Positions 9,515 through 19,772 are shown, counted from the first letter of the stretch. The stretch is 26,151 bases of DNA from Thermodesulfobacteriota bacterium (GCA_041572575.1 JBFFSH010000034.1:1-26151), one strand, 5' to 3'. The notes: generated by a model not told the origin, from the sequence alone. A program made the numbers and translations.

Positions 9515-12319
9515 TTATATTACATCCATTTCTTTTAGTGCATCTATACATCTTGAACATATTGTAGGATGTTCGTCGTTAGATCCAACAGAAGTTCTGA
9601 AAGTCCAGCACCTTTCACATTTTTGTCCCGGTGCTTTATTAACCGTAATAATTAAGCCGGATATTTCAGAACTCTTTAATATATAATCATTATCTTCAGG
9701 TTTTTCTTCCAAGATATTGAGTTCAGATACTATAGTGAGCATTTTTAATAGATCTGAATTATCTCTTACTTCAAAATATGCGTCACCACTTGCATATATT
9801 CCAATACTTGCTTCCAGTGAACTTCCTACAAATTTATCTCTTCTTGCATGTTCGAGAGCTTTTAGAATTTCGTCTCGTATAGGAAGAATCTTTTTCCATT
9901 TGGTATCCAGATTTTCATTAATATAATCCGGCACAGTAATTGTGTTTAAGAAAATACTATCATTATTATTTTCTTTCATATTTTGCCATACTTCTTCGCA
10001 TGTAAATGTAAGTACAGGTGAACATAATCTTACTAGTGTATCTAACACTTTATACATAGCAGTTTGAGTAGATTTTCTTCTATGTGAATTACTTGCAAGC
10101 GTATAGAGAATATCCTTTTGAAAATCAAGATATACTGCGCTTAAATCTACTATGCAAAACCTCTGGAGCTCGTGGTAAACAATATGGAACTGATAGTCCT
10201 CGTATGCTTGTAATATTTTTTTAGTTGATTGAGTAAGCTTATGTAAAATCCACTTATCACACTCTTCAAGGTCTTCAGTGTTTATAACATCTTTATTTGG
10301 GTCAAAATCATACAGATTTCCAAGCAGGTATCTAAATGTATTTCTTATTTTTCTATAGGTATCAACAAGTCTATCAAGAATTTCCTGGGATATCCTGATG
10401 TCAGCACTATAATCTTCTGCTGCTACCCATAGCCTTAGAATTTCTGCACCATATTTTTTTATTATTTCATCAGGGGATATTACATTGCCTTTAGATTTGG
10501 ACATTTTCTGACCGTCTTTATCCACAACAAATCCGTGTGTAAGCACTGAGTCGTATGGTGCATGATCTCTAGTGCCGACCGATACTAAAAGACTTGAATG
10601 AAACCAACCACGGTGCTGATCACTTCCTTCAAGGTATAAATCGGCAGGAAACTTCATGTCAGGATTATTTTCAATAACTGAAGAAAAACTTACCCCCGAA
10701 TCAAACCATACATCCAAGATATCAGATTCTTTTTTAAATTCAGTACAACCGCACTCTTTGCATTTAGTATCTTTTGGCAGAAGTTCTACGGGTTCTAATT
10801 CAAACCATATATCAGAGCTTTTTTCACTAAACATTTGTGATATATGATCGACTACATTCTTATCAGCAATTTCTGTGTCGCAGTCATTACAATAAAATAC
10901 AACTATGGGTACCCCCCACGAGCGCTGTCTTGATACACACCAGTCAGGCCTGTTTTGTATCATGTTAAAAATACGTTCTTTACCCCAATCGGGTATCCAT
11001 TTGACTCTGTCAATTTCAGCAAGTGAATTAACTCTTAGATCATTTGCAGCCATTGATATAAACCACTGAGGAGTGGCTCTGAATATTATAGGACTCTTGC
11101 ATCTCCAACAATGAGGATAGGAATGTCTTATTTCTTCATGCTTAATCAAAGTTCCCAGTTCTTCAAGTTTGGCAATAATATTTTCATTAGCTTTATATAC
11201 AAACTGTCCATCAAAGAATTTTACGTCATCTGTAAATACGCCCTTTTCATTAACAGGTGCGTAAACGTCCAGATCATATAGTTTTGATACTTCATAATCA
11301 TCCTGACCATGACCGGGGGCTATATGTACAATGCCTGTACCAGCTTCGAGAGTTACATAATCTGCGTTTACACCAAGTGATTCTCTGTCATAAAATGGAT
11401 GCTGAAATTTAAGTGACTGAAATTTGTCGCCTTTGATTGTTTCTAATACATTTAAATTCTCACCAAGTACAGCTTCTTTTAATTCATCTGCTACTATTAA
11501 TATTTCTCCATTATGCTCAACTGCTACATATTTAAATTCGGGGTGGAATGCAAGACCCTGGTTAGCTGGAAGTGTCCATGGAGTGGTTGTCCAGATCACA
11601 GCATATACGTCCCGGCCCTTGAGTTCAGGATACTGAGAAGTAAAAATTGTTGAAAGTAGTTTAAATTTTACATAAACAGATTCAGATGTTTTATCTTCAT
11701 ATTCTACCTCTGCTTCGGCAAGCGCAGTCTGACAGGAATAGCACCAGTAAACAGGCTTTTTCCCTCTGTAAAGACCGCCGTTTTCCATGAATTTTCCAAG
11801 CTCTTTTGCAATATTAGCTTCATACTCATAATTCATAGTGAGATAGGGATTATCCCAGTCGGCAAAAACACCTAACCTTTTAAATTCATCTCTTTGTATG
11901 TCTATAAATCTCTTTGCATATTCTCTGCAAAGTTTCCTTATTTCCGATTTTGTTTTATCAGCCTTTTTAGATCCTAATTTCTTTGTAACCTGATATTCAA
12001 TTGGTAGCCCGTGGCAGTCCCATCCTGGAACATAATAGCAATCCTTTCCAAAAAGAGTCTGAGACTTTATGATTATGTCTTTTAATACCTTGTTTAGGCA
12101 GTGTCCTAAATGTATATGTCCGTTAGCGTAAGGCGGGCCGTCATGAAGAATGAATTTATCTTTTCCCTTTGAAAAATCTCTAATCTTGGAATAAAGGTTG
12201 TTTTTGTACCATTTTTTTAACAACTCAGGCTCGCGCTGAGCGAGGTTTGCCTTCATAGGGAAATCCGTTTTAGGCAGATTTAATGTATTCTTATATTCTA
12301 CAGTTTTATCTTCAGACAT
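9515..12319 (-). CDS. ileS: Isoleucine--tRNA ligase (bacterial type 1)
   Basis: LHDGPPYANGHIHLGH (HIGH), GWDCHGLPIE, WTTTPWTLP, EGSDQHRGWF, KMSKS and a C-terminal zinc finger CERC...CSRC. Confidence 0.98.
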   Translation of the reverse strand: MSEDKTVEYKNTLNLPKTDFPMKANLAQREPELLKKWYKNNLYSKIRDFSKGKDKFILHDGPPYANGHIHLGHCLNKVLKDIIIKSQTLFGKDCYYVPGWDCHGLPIEYQVTKKLGSKKADKTKSEIRKLCREYAKRFIDIQRDEFKRLGVFADWDNPYLTMNYEYEANIAKELGKFMENGGLYRGKKPVYWCYSCQTALAEAEVEYEDKTSESVYVKFKLLSTIFTSQYPELKGRDVYAVIWTTTPWTLPANQGLAFHPEFKYVAVEHNGEILIVADELKEAVLGENLNVLETIKGDKFQSLKFQHPFYDRESLGVNADYVTLEAGTGIVHIAPGHGQDDYEVSKLYDLDVYAPVNEKGVFTDDVKFFDGQFVYKANENIIAKLEELGTLIKHEEIRHSYPHCWRCKSPIIFRATPQWFISMAANDLRVNSLAEIDRVKWIPDWGKERIFNMIQNRPDWCVSRQRSWGVPIVVFYCNDCDTEIADKNVVDHISQMFSEKSSDIWFELEPVELLPKDTKCKECGCTEFKKESDILDVWFDSGVSFSSVIENNPDMKFPADLYLEGSDQHRGWFHSSLLVSVGTRDHAPYDSVLTHGFVVDKDGQKMSKSKGNVISPDEIIKKYGAEILRLWVAAEDYSADIRISQEILDRLVDTYRKIRNTFRYLLGNLYDFDPNKDVINTEDLEECDKWILHKLTQSTKKILQAYEDYQFHIVYHELQRFCIVDLSAVYLDFQKDILYTLASNSHRRKSTQTAMYKVLDTLVRLCSPVLTFTCEEVWQNMKENNNDSIFLNTITVPDYINENLDTKWKKILPIRDEILKALEHARRDKFVGSSLEASIGIYASGDAYFEVRDNSDLLKMLTIVSELNILEEKPEDNDYILKSSEISGLIITVNKAPGQKCERCWTFRTSVGSNDEHPTICSRCIDALKEMDVI

Positions 12320-12401
12320 AGTGGATTTAGATAACTAAAATAAAATCAAGGATAAGATATTAATTGAGTAAGTGTTTAATTCAAGTATTAAGTATTAATA
12401 G

Positions 12402-12746
12402 CTACTCTTCTTCCAACACTTCTTTTAACTGATTAAATATCATATTGGAAAACTCTGTCCATTCATTCCACTCTTCCATGTAATCCTTTTTCTCATCTAC
12501 TTTCTTTTTAATTTTTATTCCAATATCTGTTCTTTCAATAATATACCCGTTGTCATTTATAAGTTTATTTCTTAGAAGATCTTCAAATTTAAAAAGAAGT
12601 TCTAACTTATCCGGTTCATCTTCTCTGAATTCGGCAATAAAAAAAGGATTGGTCTGTGCCGTGGGCATCTGCATCATGTTGCATTTGATAAACAAATGCT
12701 CCTGAATAGTTTCAGCCTTCATAGAAATAAAAAGATCAATTGCCAT
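12402..12746 (-). CDS. Hypothetical protein (114 aa, acidic)
   Basis: ORF fills the gap, has an AAAGGGA RBS and protein-like composition; no recognisable family. Confidence 0.65.
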   Translation of the reverse strand: MAIDLFISMKAETIQEHLFIKCNMMQMPTAQTNPFFIAEFREDEPDKLELLFKFEDLLRNKLINDNGYIIERTDIGIKIKKKVDEKKDYMEEWNEWTEFSNMIFNQLKEVLEEE

Positions 12747-12786
12747 ATATTTAATCCCTTTCTAACTGTTTATTAAGGCTAAATTT

Positions 12787-12802
12787 ACTTGAGCTGTCAA
12801 GT
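12787..12802. promoter_or_regulatory. Palindrome ACTTGA-N4-TCAAGT in a divergent promoter region, overlapping a minus-strand TTGACA
   Basis: Perfect 6-bp inverted repeat; TGTCAA at 12795-12800 is TTGACA on the minus strand; a plus-strand TATAAT lies at 12825-12830. Confidence 0.35.
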
Positions 12803-12873
12803 TATTGTAATTGTAAAAATAAGATATAATTCTACTAATATTTATACATACAAGTATTACAACAAAGGAGTGT

Positions 12874-13599
12874 ATGATGAAAAAACTTGATGGAAAAACT
12901 GCAATTATAACCGGTGGTTCGGGCGGACTTGGAAAAAGCGTAGTTAATATTTTCTTAGAACATGGAGCAAATGTAATTTGTACTTATCACAAAGAAGAAG
13001 AATTAAAATTATTTACTCCTCTTATGGATAATTACCCAAACTCCGTAGTAATTGTTAAGGGAAATGTTACAAAAGAAAAATCTATAGTAAAGATAGTTAA
13101 TAATGCAGTAAAACGATTTAAAACTATAGATATTTTAATAAACATAGTAGGTGGTTTTACCAAGGGGGATATAACTGAGACAAGTATATATGATTTTGAA
13201 GCAATGATTGATATGAACCTTAAATCTACTTTTATTTGCTCTAAATCGGTAATTCCACAGATGATAGTTCAAAAGCATGGAAAGATAATTAATGTAGCTG
13301 CAAAACCGGCTATAAATGGAGCATCAGGAGTATCTGCTTATGCAGCTTCAAAAGCAGGAGTGCTAAACCTTACTAAATCATTAGCAGAAGAAGTTCTTAA
13401 ACATAATATAAACGTAAACGCAATTATTCCCGGGACTATAGATACAGAGGCCAATAGACTGGCTATGCCTAAAGCAAAACACAAAAACTGGGTAAAACCC
13501 GAAGAGATTGCTAAAGTAATGATGTTCCTTGCAACAGAGGATTCTGATCCTATTAGCGGGGCAGCAATACCTGTTTATGGGAAGTCATATTTAAGTTAA
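12874..13599 (+). CDS. SDR family oxidoreductase (FabG-like / dihydropteridine-reductase-like C-terminus)
   Basis: TGGSGGLG, YAASK and PGTIDTEANRLAMP..NWVKP motifs; AAGGAG RBS. Confidence 0.85.
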   Translation: MMKKLDGKTAIITGGSGGLGKSVVNIFLEHGANVICTYHKEEELKLFTPLMDNYPNSVVIVKGNVTKEKSIVKIVNNAVKRFKTIDILINIVGGFTKGDITETSIYDFEAMIDMNLKSTFICSKSVIPQMIVQKHGKIINVAAKPAINGASGVSAYAASKAGVLNLTKSLAEEVLKHNINVNAIIPGTIDTEANRLAMPKAKHKNWVKPEEIAKVMMFLATEDSDPISGAAIPVYGKSYLS

Positions 13600-13613
13600 A
13601 TTATATGTATAAG

Positions 13614-13657
13614 ACTTGACACTCAGGAGAACATTCATGCTTTTCTCAATGTCGAGT
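13614..13657. terminator. Imperfect hairpin between convergent SDR and lpdA genes
   Basis: ACTTGACA...TGTCGAGT outer stem (one G-U on the plus strand) with an inner GAGAA/TTCTC stem; no clear U-tract. Confidence 0.35.
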
Positions 13658-13672
13658 AATCACATCATTTAC

Positions 13673-15094
13673 TCATTGTTTTTTTCTGTAAACATGAGTT
13701 GATGACCCAAAGAATAGTTCAGCAGCCTCCATAATCGTTTCTGTTAAGGTTGGATGTGGATGTATAGTGAGTTTTAAGTCAGAAGCAGTTGCTCCCATTT
13801 CTATTGCGTGTACCCCTTCAGCTATCATCTCTCCTGCTCCTACTCCTACAATTCCCATTCCCAGTATTCTTTGTGTTTTGTTATCTATTATTAACTTTGT
13901 AAGACCATCATTCCTATCAAGAGTAGTAGCTCTTCCGGAAGCTGCCCAGTTAAATCTTGTTGAAGTATAGTCAAGTCCTTTCTCTTTAGCCTCTTCTTCG
14001 GTTACTCCGCACCATGCGATTTCTGGATCGGTAAAGACTACAGCAGGTATTGCATAGGGATCATAAATTACGTTTTTACCTGCAATTATTTCGACCACGA
14101 TCTTTCCCTCATATGTTGCTTTATGTGCAAGCATTGGATCACCGGCTACATCACCTATAGCATAAATATTAGGATCATCAGTCTGTCTTTTATCATTAAT
14201 TTCTATAAATCCTCTATCATTAATTTTTACGTTGGTATTTTCTAATCCTATGTTTTGTGAATTTGGTTTTCTTCCAACAGAAACTAAAACTTTATCGAAC
14301 ATTTCTTCTATAGATTCATCTTTATTTGTTTTAAAAGTTGCCTTAATTCTTCCCTTTTGTTTTTCTATTATTTCTACTCTAGTGTTTAGAAGGATTGACT
14401 TGAATTTTGATGTTAATCTTTTTTTAAGAACTCTTACTAAATCCTGATCTGCTCCGGTCATTAAGCTATCCATCATTTCAACTACGGTTACTTCTGTACC
14501 CAAAGCCTGATAAACTGTGCCTAGTTCGAGACCGATATATCCACCACCTACAATGAGCAGACTCTTAGGTATATCTTCTATTTCCAAGGCGCCTGTTGAA
14601 TCCATTATCGTTTTATTATCGATTTCAATTCCTGGAATATTTGCAGGAGATGAGCCTGTTGCTATTACGGCTTTTTTGTAATTAAGGGTAAGTTCTTCGT
14701 CATCTTTGTGTATAACTAAATTGTTAGAGTCTAAAAACTGGGCATATCCTTGAATGTAGTTTACTTTTCTGAATTTTGAAAGTTGTCCGAGTCCAGATGT
14801 TAATTTCTTAATAACTTCATTTTTCCATTTTCTTAAAGTGTTTAAATCAATATCAGGATTTTTGTATGTGATACCCAGCGAAGAAGCATTAGAAGCTTCA
14901 TCTATAAGTTTAGATATATGAAGTAAAGCTTTTGATGGTATACATCCTTCATAGTTACAAACTCCACCAGGATACTCTCTAGAGTCAATCAGGGTTACAT
15001 TAATTCCAAGATCAGCAGCATGAAATGCAGCCGGGTATCCTCCTGGACCTGCACCAATTACTACTAATTCAGTATTTATATTATTATCAGTCAA
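13673..15094 (-). CDS. lpdA: Dihydrolipoyl dehydrogenase (E3) of the PDH operon
   Basis: GAGPGG, redox-active GGVCNYEGCIPSK, GGGYIG and HPHPTLTE motifs; TTG start with a GAGGA RBS; directly after aceF. Confidence 0.95.
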   Translation of the reverse strand: MTDNNINTELVVIGAGPGGYPAAFHAADLGINVTLIDSREYPGGVCNYEGCIPSKALLHISKLIDEASNASSLGITYKNPDIDLNTLRKWKNEVIKKLTSGLGQLSKFRKVNYIQGYAQFLDSNNLVIHKDDEELTLNYKKAVIATGSSPANIPGIEIDNKTIMDSTGALEIEDIPKSLLIVGGGYIGLELGTVYQALGTEVTVVEMMDSLMTGADQDLVRVLKKRLTSKFKSILLNTRVEIIEKQKGRIKATFKTNKDESIEEMFDKVLVSVGRKPNSQNIGLENTNVKINDRGFIEINDKRQTDDPNIYAIGDVAGDPMLAHKATYEGKIVVEIIAGKNVIYDPYAIPAVVFTDPEIAWCGVTEEEAKEKGLDYTSTRFNWAASGRATTLDRNDGLTKLIIDNKTQRILGMGIVGVGAGEMIAEGVHAIEMGATASDLKLTIHPHPTLTETIMEAAELFFGSSTHVYRKKQ

Positions 15095-15112
15095 TTTGAT
15101 TCCTCAACTAAT

Positions 15113-16453
15113 TTATGAATCCAACAAAGTGAAAAACGGATTTTCTAAAGCTTCAATAATCCACCTTAAAAATTTTATGGCATCAGCGCCGTCTATTATT
15201 CTATGATCATATGATAGAGACAGGGGCATCATGAGTCTGGGCTTGAATTCATCATCTATATATACAGGCTCCATAAGTGCTCTTGATATGCCCAATATTG
15301 CTACATTAGGATGATTCAGTATTGGAGTAAAATATGTGCCCCCTATACCGCCTAAGTTTGTTATAGTAAAAGTGCTACCCTGTAGTTCGTCGGGCTTGAT
15401 TTTCTTGTTTCTGGAACGCTCTGATATATCTGTCATTTCAACAGATATTTGAGTTATGTTCTTTTTGTCTGCATTTTTTATTACAGGTACTAGTAGGCCT
15501 CTCTCTGTATCAACTGCAATTCCAATATTAAACTCGTCATTATTTAGAATTTGGAGGTTATCCATATCAATGCTGCAGTTAAAATTTGGATATTTAATAA
15601 GCGCCTGAGCAGAGATTTTTGTTAAAATTGAAGTCATGGTAAGTTTGCCACCCGCTTGTTTGACTTTGTCCCCGTATTGCTTTCTTATCTTTTCAAGCTC
15701 GGTAATGTCAGCCTTATCATGCTGGGTAACATGAGGCGCTTTCCATGATTCTGTAAGTCTTTGCGCCGTAAGTACTCTAACCTTGGACATCTGTTCTATT
15801 GAATCACCCTTTTTCTGCGAAGCACTAATATTTGTAGTTATTGACATAGATGTTTGTTCTGCTTCTAATTCAGATAGGTTGGATTTAGCAAAATTTTTCA
15901 CATCCTCTTCACTTATTCTTCCTCCAGGGCCGGTGCCCTGTACCCTGGATACATCAACACCAATTTCTCTTGCAAGTCTTCTTACCGATGGAGAGGCAGG
16001 AACCATTTGAGCAATATTGGATTGTGTTGGAGTCTCTCCTTCGTTATTTATCTCTATTATGTTATTATCATTTTCTGTATTTTCTATTACATCATCTTGA
16101 GGTTCAGTGGTTTCTTTAGATTTTTTATCAACTTTTATTTCTTCTTCTATGGGTCTATCATCACTGGATTCTTCTGTTACAGATTCTTGTTGTTTGGTAT
16201 TTTTTGTCGATTGTTCATCTCCATTTGAGTAAAAAGTAACGAGAAGCTGCCCAATTTTTACGGTTTCACCTTCCTTTACATGTAAATCAGATATCGAACC
16301 ATCTACAGGTGAAGGAAGCTCAATAACAGCTTTATCAGTCTCTATTTCCATGAGAGTCTGTTCTTTCTTTACAGTCTCTCCCTTCTTAACAGCAATTGCA
16401 ATAATATCTCCGCCTTCTATATCTTCACCAAGTTCTGGAAGTTTAAATTCCAT
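15113..16453 (-). CDS. aceF: Dihydrolipoamide acetyltransferase (PDH E2) with a single lipoyl domain
   Basis: Lipoyl motif ETDKA, long acidic linker, E3-binding ASPSVRRLARE...GTGPGGRI and catalytic DHRIIDG. Confidence 0.93.
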   Translation of the reverse strand: MEFKLPELGEDIEGGDIIAIAVKKGETVKKEQTLMEIETDKAVIELPSPVDGSISDLHVKEGETVKIGQLLVTFYSNGDEQSTKNTKQQESVTEESSDDRPIEEEIKVDKKSKETTEPQDDVIENTENDNNIIEINNEGETPTQSNIAQMVPASPSVRRLAREIGVDVSRVQGTGPGGRISEEDVKNFAKSNLSELEAEQTSMSITTNISASQKKGDSIEQMSKVRVLTAQRLTESWKAPHVTQHDKADITELEKIRKQYGDKVKQAGGKLTMTSILTKISAQALIKYPNFNCSIDMDNLQILNNDEFNIGIAVDTERGLLVPVIKNADKKNITQISVEMTDISERSRNKKIKPDELQGSTFTITNLGGIGGTYFTPILNHPNVAILGISRALMEPVYIDDEFKPRLMMPLSLSYDHRIIDGADAIKFLRWIIEALENPFFTLLDS

Positions 16454-16469
16454 ATATGTATAGCCTCCA

Positions 16470-19154
16470 TTAGCTTATAAAAGGATTATCTTTTGTAGTG
16501 TCTATATCAAATTTCTTGCATGCTTTTTGTACTAGTTCTGTTTTTACTTTTTTATCTTTGCTAAGACCATATAAACTGGCAAGTACAATGTATCTGTAAT
16601 CTACTTCAAAAAATGATCTTAAGTCATCTCTACTAGCACTCCTTCCAAATCCATCTGTACCAAGACTTATACATTTAGCCGGTAACCATGAAGAAATCGA
16701 CTCTGGAAGAGTTTTAACATAGTCCGAAGCAGCTACAATTATATCTGAATCGTGATCTATTACTTTGCTTAAAAAAGTTGATTTTGAAATCTCAGATGGG
16801 TGAAGCATATTCCAGCGTTCCGTTTCCAAACAGTCTTTATATAATTCTTTATAGCTTGTTACACTAAAAAGATCCACACTCAATTCATATTCTTCTTCCA
16901 GAATCTTTTTAGCTTTTATACTTTCATTTAATATAGTACCGCTACCAAGAAGTGAGACTTTTAGTTTGCTATCCTTATTATCTGAACTGTTTAGTTTGTA
17001 AATTCCCTTAATAATCCCTTCCTCTGATCCTTTTGGCATAGGCGGTTGGATATAGCCTTCATTCATTACTGTTAGATAATAAAATACATCATCGCCTTTT
17101 ACATACATTCTTTCCATTCCGTTTTTAATAATTACGGCTATCTCATATGCATATGCAGGGTCATAAGCCAGTAAATTTGGAACCGGATATGCAAGGAGGT
17201 GACTATGACCATCCTGATGCTGGAGGCCTTCACCGGCAAGTGTAGTCCTGCCTGCTGTGCCGCCTATCAAAAATCCTTTACATTTCATATCCCCTGCAGC
17301 CCACACAAGGTCTCCAATTCTCTGCATTCCAAAAATTGAGTAATATATGAAAAAGGGAATAGTATTTATTCCATGGGTAGAATATGAAGTACCTGCAGCT
17401 ATGAATGAAGACATAGAGCCTGCTTCTGTAATACCTTCTTCAAGAATCTGTCCATCTAGAGCTTCTTTATAGTAAAGCAGAGTTTCTTTATCTACTGGTT
17501 CATAAAGCTGGCCCACATGTGAATATATTCCCACCTGTCTAAAAAGAGCTTCCATACCAAATGTTCTCGCTTCATCAGGAACAATAGGAACTATGAGGTC
17601 ACCAACATTCTTATCTCTTAGAAGCTTTGATAATATTCTTACAAATGCCATTGTTGTAGGAACTTCTCTGTCTCCAGAACCATCAATGAATTCATTATAA
17701 ATCTCGTCAGAAGGCATCTTGAATTTAGTAATCTTGGTATTTCTTTTTGGAATTGCGCCTCCAAGTCTTTCCCTGCAATTTTTTAAATATATTATTTCTT
17801 TACTGTTTTCGTCTGGTTTATAAAAGGGGGCTTTTGAAACATCTTCATCTGATATTGGTATTCCAAATCTAGTACGAAATTCTTTTAATTCATCTTCATT
17901 AAGCTTTTTTTGCTGATGAGTGATGTTTTTTCCTTCTCCACTCTCTCCAAGACCATAACCTTTAATAGTTTTTGCTAGTATCACAGTTGGAGAACCTTTA
18001 TGATCAACTGCCGCTTTATAAGCTGTATATACTTTTTCTGAATCGTGCCCTCCTCTTCGGAGTCTTTCTAGCTGTTCATCGGTATAGTGCTCTACAAGTT
18101 TTTTTAATCTCGGATCGGTACCAAAGAAATGTTCTCTAATGTATGAGCCCGGTTCAACTATATATTTTTGATAGTCTCCATCAACAGCTCTTTGCATCCT
18201 GTCTACAAGAATATCATCCTTATCAGCTGCTAATAGGGGATCCCAGTCATTTCCCCAAATAACTTTTATTACATTCCACCCTGCTCCCCTGAATATAGCT
18301 TCTAGTTCCTGTATTATCTTGCCGTTTCCCCTAACAGGCCCGTCGAGTCTCTGTAAATTGCAGTTAACTACAAATATAAGGTTATCAAGTTCTTCTCTTG
18401 AAGCCAGGGTAATAGCACCAAGTGTTTCAGGCTCATCTGTTTCACCATCACCAAGAAATGCCCAGACTTTGGAATCTGTTTCTTTTTTAAGTTCCCTATC
18501 CTCTAAATAACGATTAAACCTGGCCTGATAAATTGCCATGATGGGACTAAGTCCCATAGAAACTGTTGGGAACTGCCAAAACTCGGGCATAAGCCATGGG
18601 TGGGGATAAGAGGAAAGTCCTTTATCAGAACTTACTTCGTTTCTAAAGTTTTCAAGGTGTTCTATATCCAGTCTTCCTTCAAGAAATGCTCTAGAATATA
18701 TGCCAGGAGATGCATGCCCCTGAAAATATATTATATCTCCTTCCTGTTTTTCAGTTCTTGCTCTAAAAAAGTGATTAAAGCCGATATCATAAAGAGTAGC
18801 TGCAGATGCGTAGGTTGATATATGTCCGCCTATTCCATCACTATGTCTATTTGCTCTTACTACCATAGCCATGGCATTCCAGCGAATATAGCTTCTAATT
18901 CTTCTTTCAATTTCGATGCTTCCGGGAAAGTTCTCCTGTTTGTCCAAAGGGATCGTATTAATGTAAGGAGTATTTGCTGTAAATGGAATATTTACGCCGG
19001 CTTTTCTGGCATGAATGTGTAGTTTTCTGAGAAGCCTGTTTACTCTTTCACTTCCGTATGTATTTAATACATAATCTAGAGATTGCAGCCATTCTTTATT
19101 TTCTACTTCTTCAAGAAGGTCTTTTTCATTATCTATATTCTTATCTACAGACAT
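16470..19154 (-). CDS. aceE: Pyruvate dehydrogenase E1, homodimeric type
   Basis: GGHISTYAS, QGHASPG, SSYPHP, FPTVSMGL, ThDP-binding GDGETDEPE...NCNLQRLDGP and GEGLQHQDG motifs. Confidence 0.97.
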   Translation of the reverse strand: MSVDKNIDNEKDLLEEVENKEWLQSLDYVLNTYGSERVNRLLRKLHIHARKAGVNIPFTANTPYINTIPLDKQENFPGSIEIERRIRSYIRWNAMAMVVRANRHSDGIGGHISTYASAATLYDIGFNHFFRARTEKQEGDIIYFQGHASPGIYSRAFLEGRLDIEHLENFRNEVSSDKGLSSYPHPWLMPEFWQFPTVSMGLSPIMAIYQARFNRYLEDRELKKETDSKVWAFLGDGETDEPETLGAITLASREELDNLIFVVNCNLQRLDGPVRGNGKIIQELEAIFRGAGWNVIKVIWGNDWDPLLAADKDDILVDRMQRAVDGDYQKYIVEPGSYIREHFFGTDPRLKKLVEHYTDEQLERLRRGGHDSEKVYTAYKAAVDHKGSPTVILAKTIKGYGLGESGEGKNITHQQKKLNEDELKEFRTRFGIPISDEDVSKAPFYKPDENSKEIIYLKNCRERLGGAIPKRNTKITKFKMPSDEIYNEFIDGSGDREVPTTMAFVRILSKLLRDKNVGDLIVPIVPDEARTFGMEALFRQVGIYSHVGQLYEPVDKETLLYYKEALDGQILEEGITEAGSMSSFIAAGTSYSTHGINTIPFFIYYSIFGMQRIGDLVWAAGDMKCKGFLIGGTAGRTTLAGEGLQHQDGHSHLLAYPVPNLLAYDPAYAYEIAVIIKNGMERMYVKGDDVFYYLTVMNEGYIQPPMPKGSEEGIIKGIYKLNSSDNKDSKLKVSLLGSGTILNESIKAKKILEEEYELSVDLFSVTSYKELYKDCLETERWNMLHPSEISKSTFLSKVIDHDSDIIVAASDYVKTLPESISSWLPAKCISLGTDGFGRSASRDDLRSFFEVDYRYIVLASLYGLSKDKKVKTELVQKACKKFDIDTTKDNPFIS

Positions 19155-19215
19155 ATCTCAAATGTTATTATACTTATTAATATCTGATTGATATTTACTT
19201 GGATAATTAAATGTA

Positions 19216-19257
19216 TAAATAAAGAGTTAAGAACTAATATATCTTAACTCTTATTTA
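19216..19257 (-). terminator. Probable intrinsic terminator of the CMD gene (or an operator upstream of aceE)
   Basis: Perfect 11-bp inverted repeat AAGAGTTAAGA (19222-19232) / TCTTAACTCTT (19242-19252) with a 9-nt loop, followed on the minus strand by T-rich TATTTAT. Confidence 0.6.
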
Positions 19258-19320
19258 GCTGTAACTATTAAATATTATGATCCGAACAAAATCTATATGG
19301 ATTCAATATTTAAAATAAAA

Positions 19321-19623
19321 TTATTTTTCTTCATCCAGTAAATACTTGTCATAAACTTCTTTTGCCCAAAAAAGTTCTGTGCCTGAAGCCACAAGCGCTA
19401 CTTCCATTATAACTTCAGCAATCTCTTCTTTGCTAAATCCTGCAGCCAGGGCTTTTTTTATTCTGGAACCCGTGCAATGGGGGCATCTACCCGTAATTGC
19501 CGTAGCAAGAGCTACTGCTGCCTTTGTCTTTGAGTCTAATTTTCCTTCTCCTTCAGCTGCATTATAAAACTCCCACCATCCTTTTGCCATATCAGGCGCT
19601 TTTTGTTCAAACCATAATGCCAT
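19321..19623 (-). CDS. Carboxymuconolactone decarboxylase / AhpD-like protein with CxxC
   Basis: GKLDSKTKAAVALATAITGRCPHC...ALAAGFSKEEIAEVI fits the CMD-family pattern; strong AGGAGG RBS. Confidence 0.85.
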   Translation of the reverse strand: MALWFEQKAPDMAKGWWEFYNAAEGEGKLDSKTKAAVALATAITGRCPHCTGSRIKKALAAGFSKEEIAEVIMEVALVASGTELFWAKEVYDKYLLDEEK

Positions 19624-19734
19624 TTGTATTACCTCCTAGTGATTTACTTATACTTAATTTATAACAAAATATTATAAATAAGATAGTTATTTTTTATATA
19701 TCTATTCAACAAAAGTAGGTTTATACAAAAATTA

Positions 19735-19764
19735 TTGACCATTTTGTAATTACTTTTATATTAT
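19735..19764 (+). promoter_or_regulatory. Putative sigma70 promoter of the second lpdA
   Basis: TTGACC (19735-19740), 18 nt, TATTAT (19759-19764); the ATG is 8 nt further with no Shine-Dalgarno. Confidence 0.4.
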
Positions 19765-19772
19765 TACCCGCT

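Noticed and set aside
12320..12401. T-box riboswitch upstream of ileS
   Set aside because: The gap is only 82 bp, is AT-rich and lacks the GGTGG-ACC T-box motif.
19657..19679. Inverted repeat ATTTATAA-N7-TTATAAAT between CMD and lpdA2
   Set aside because: Composed only of A/T in an extremely AT-rich spacer, so likely by chance.
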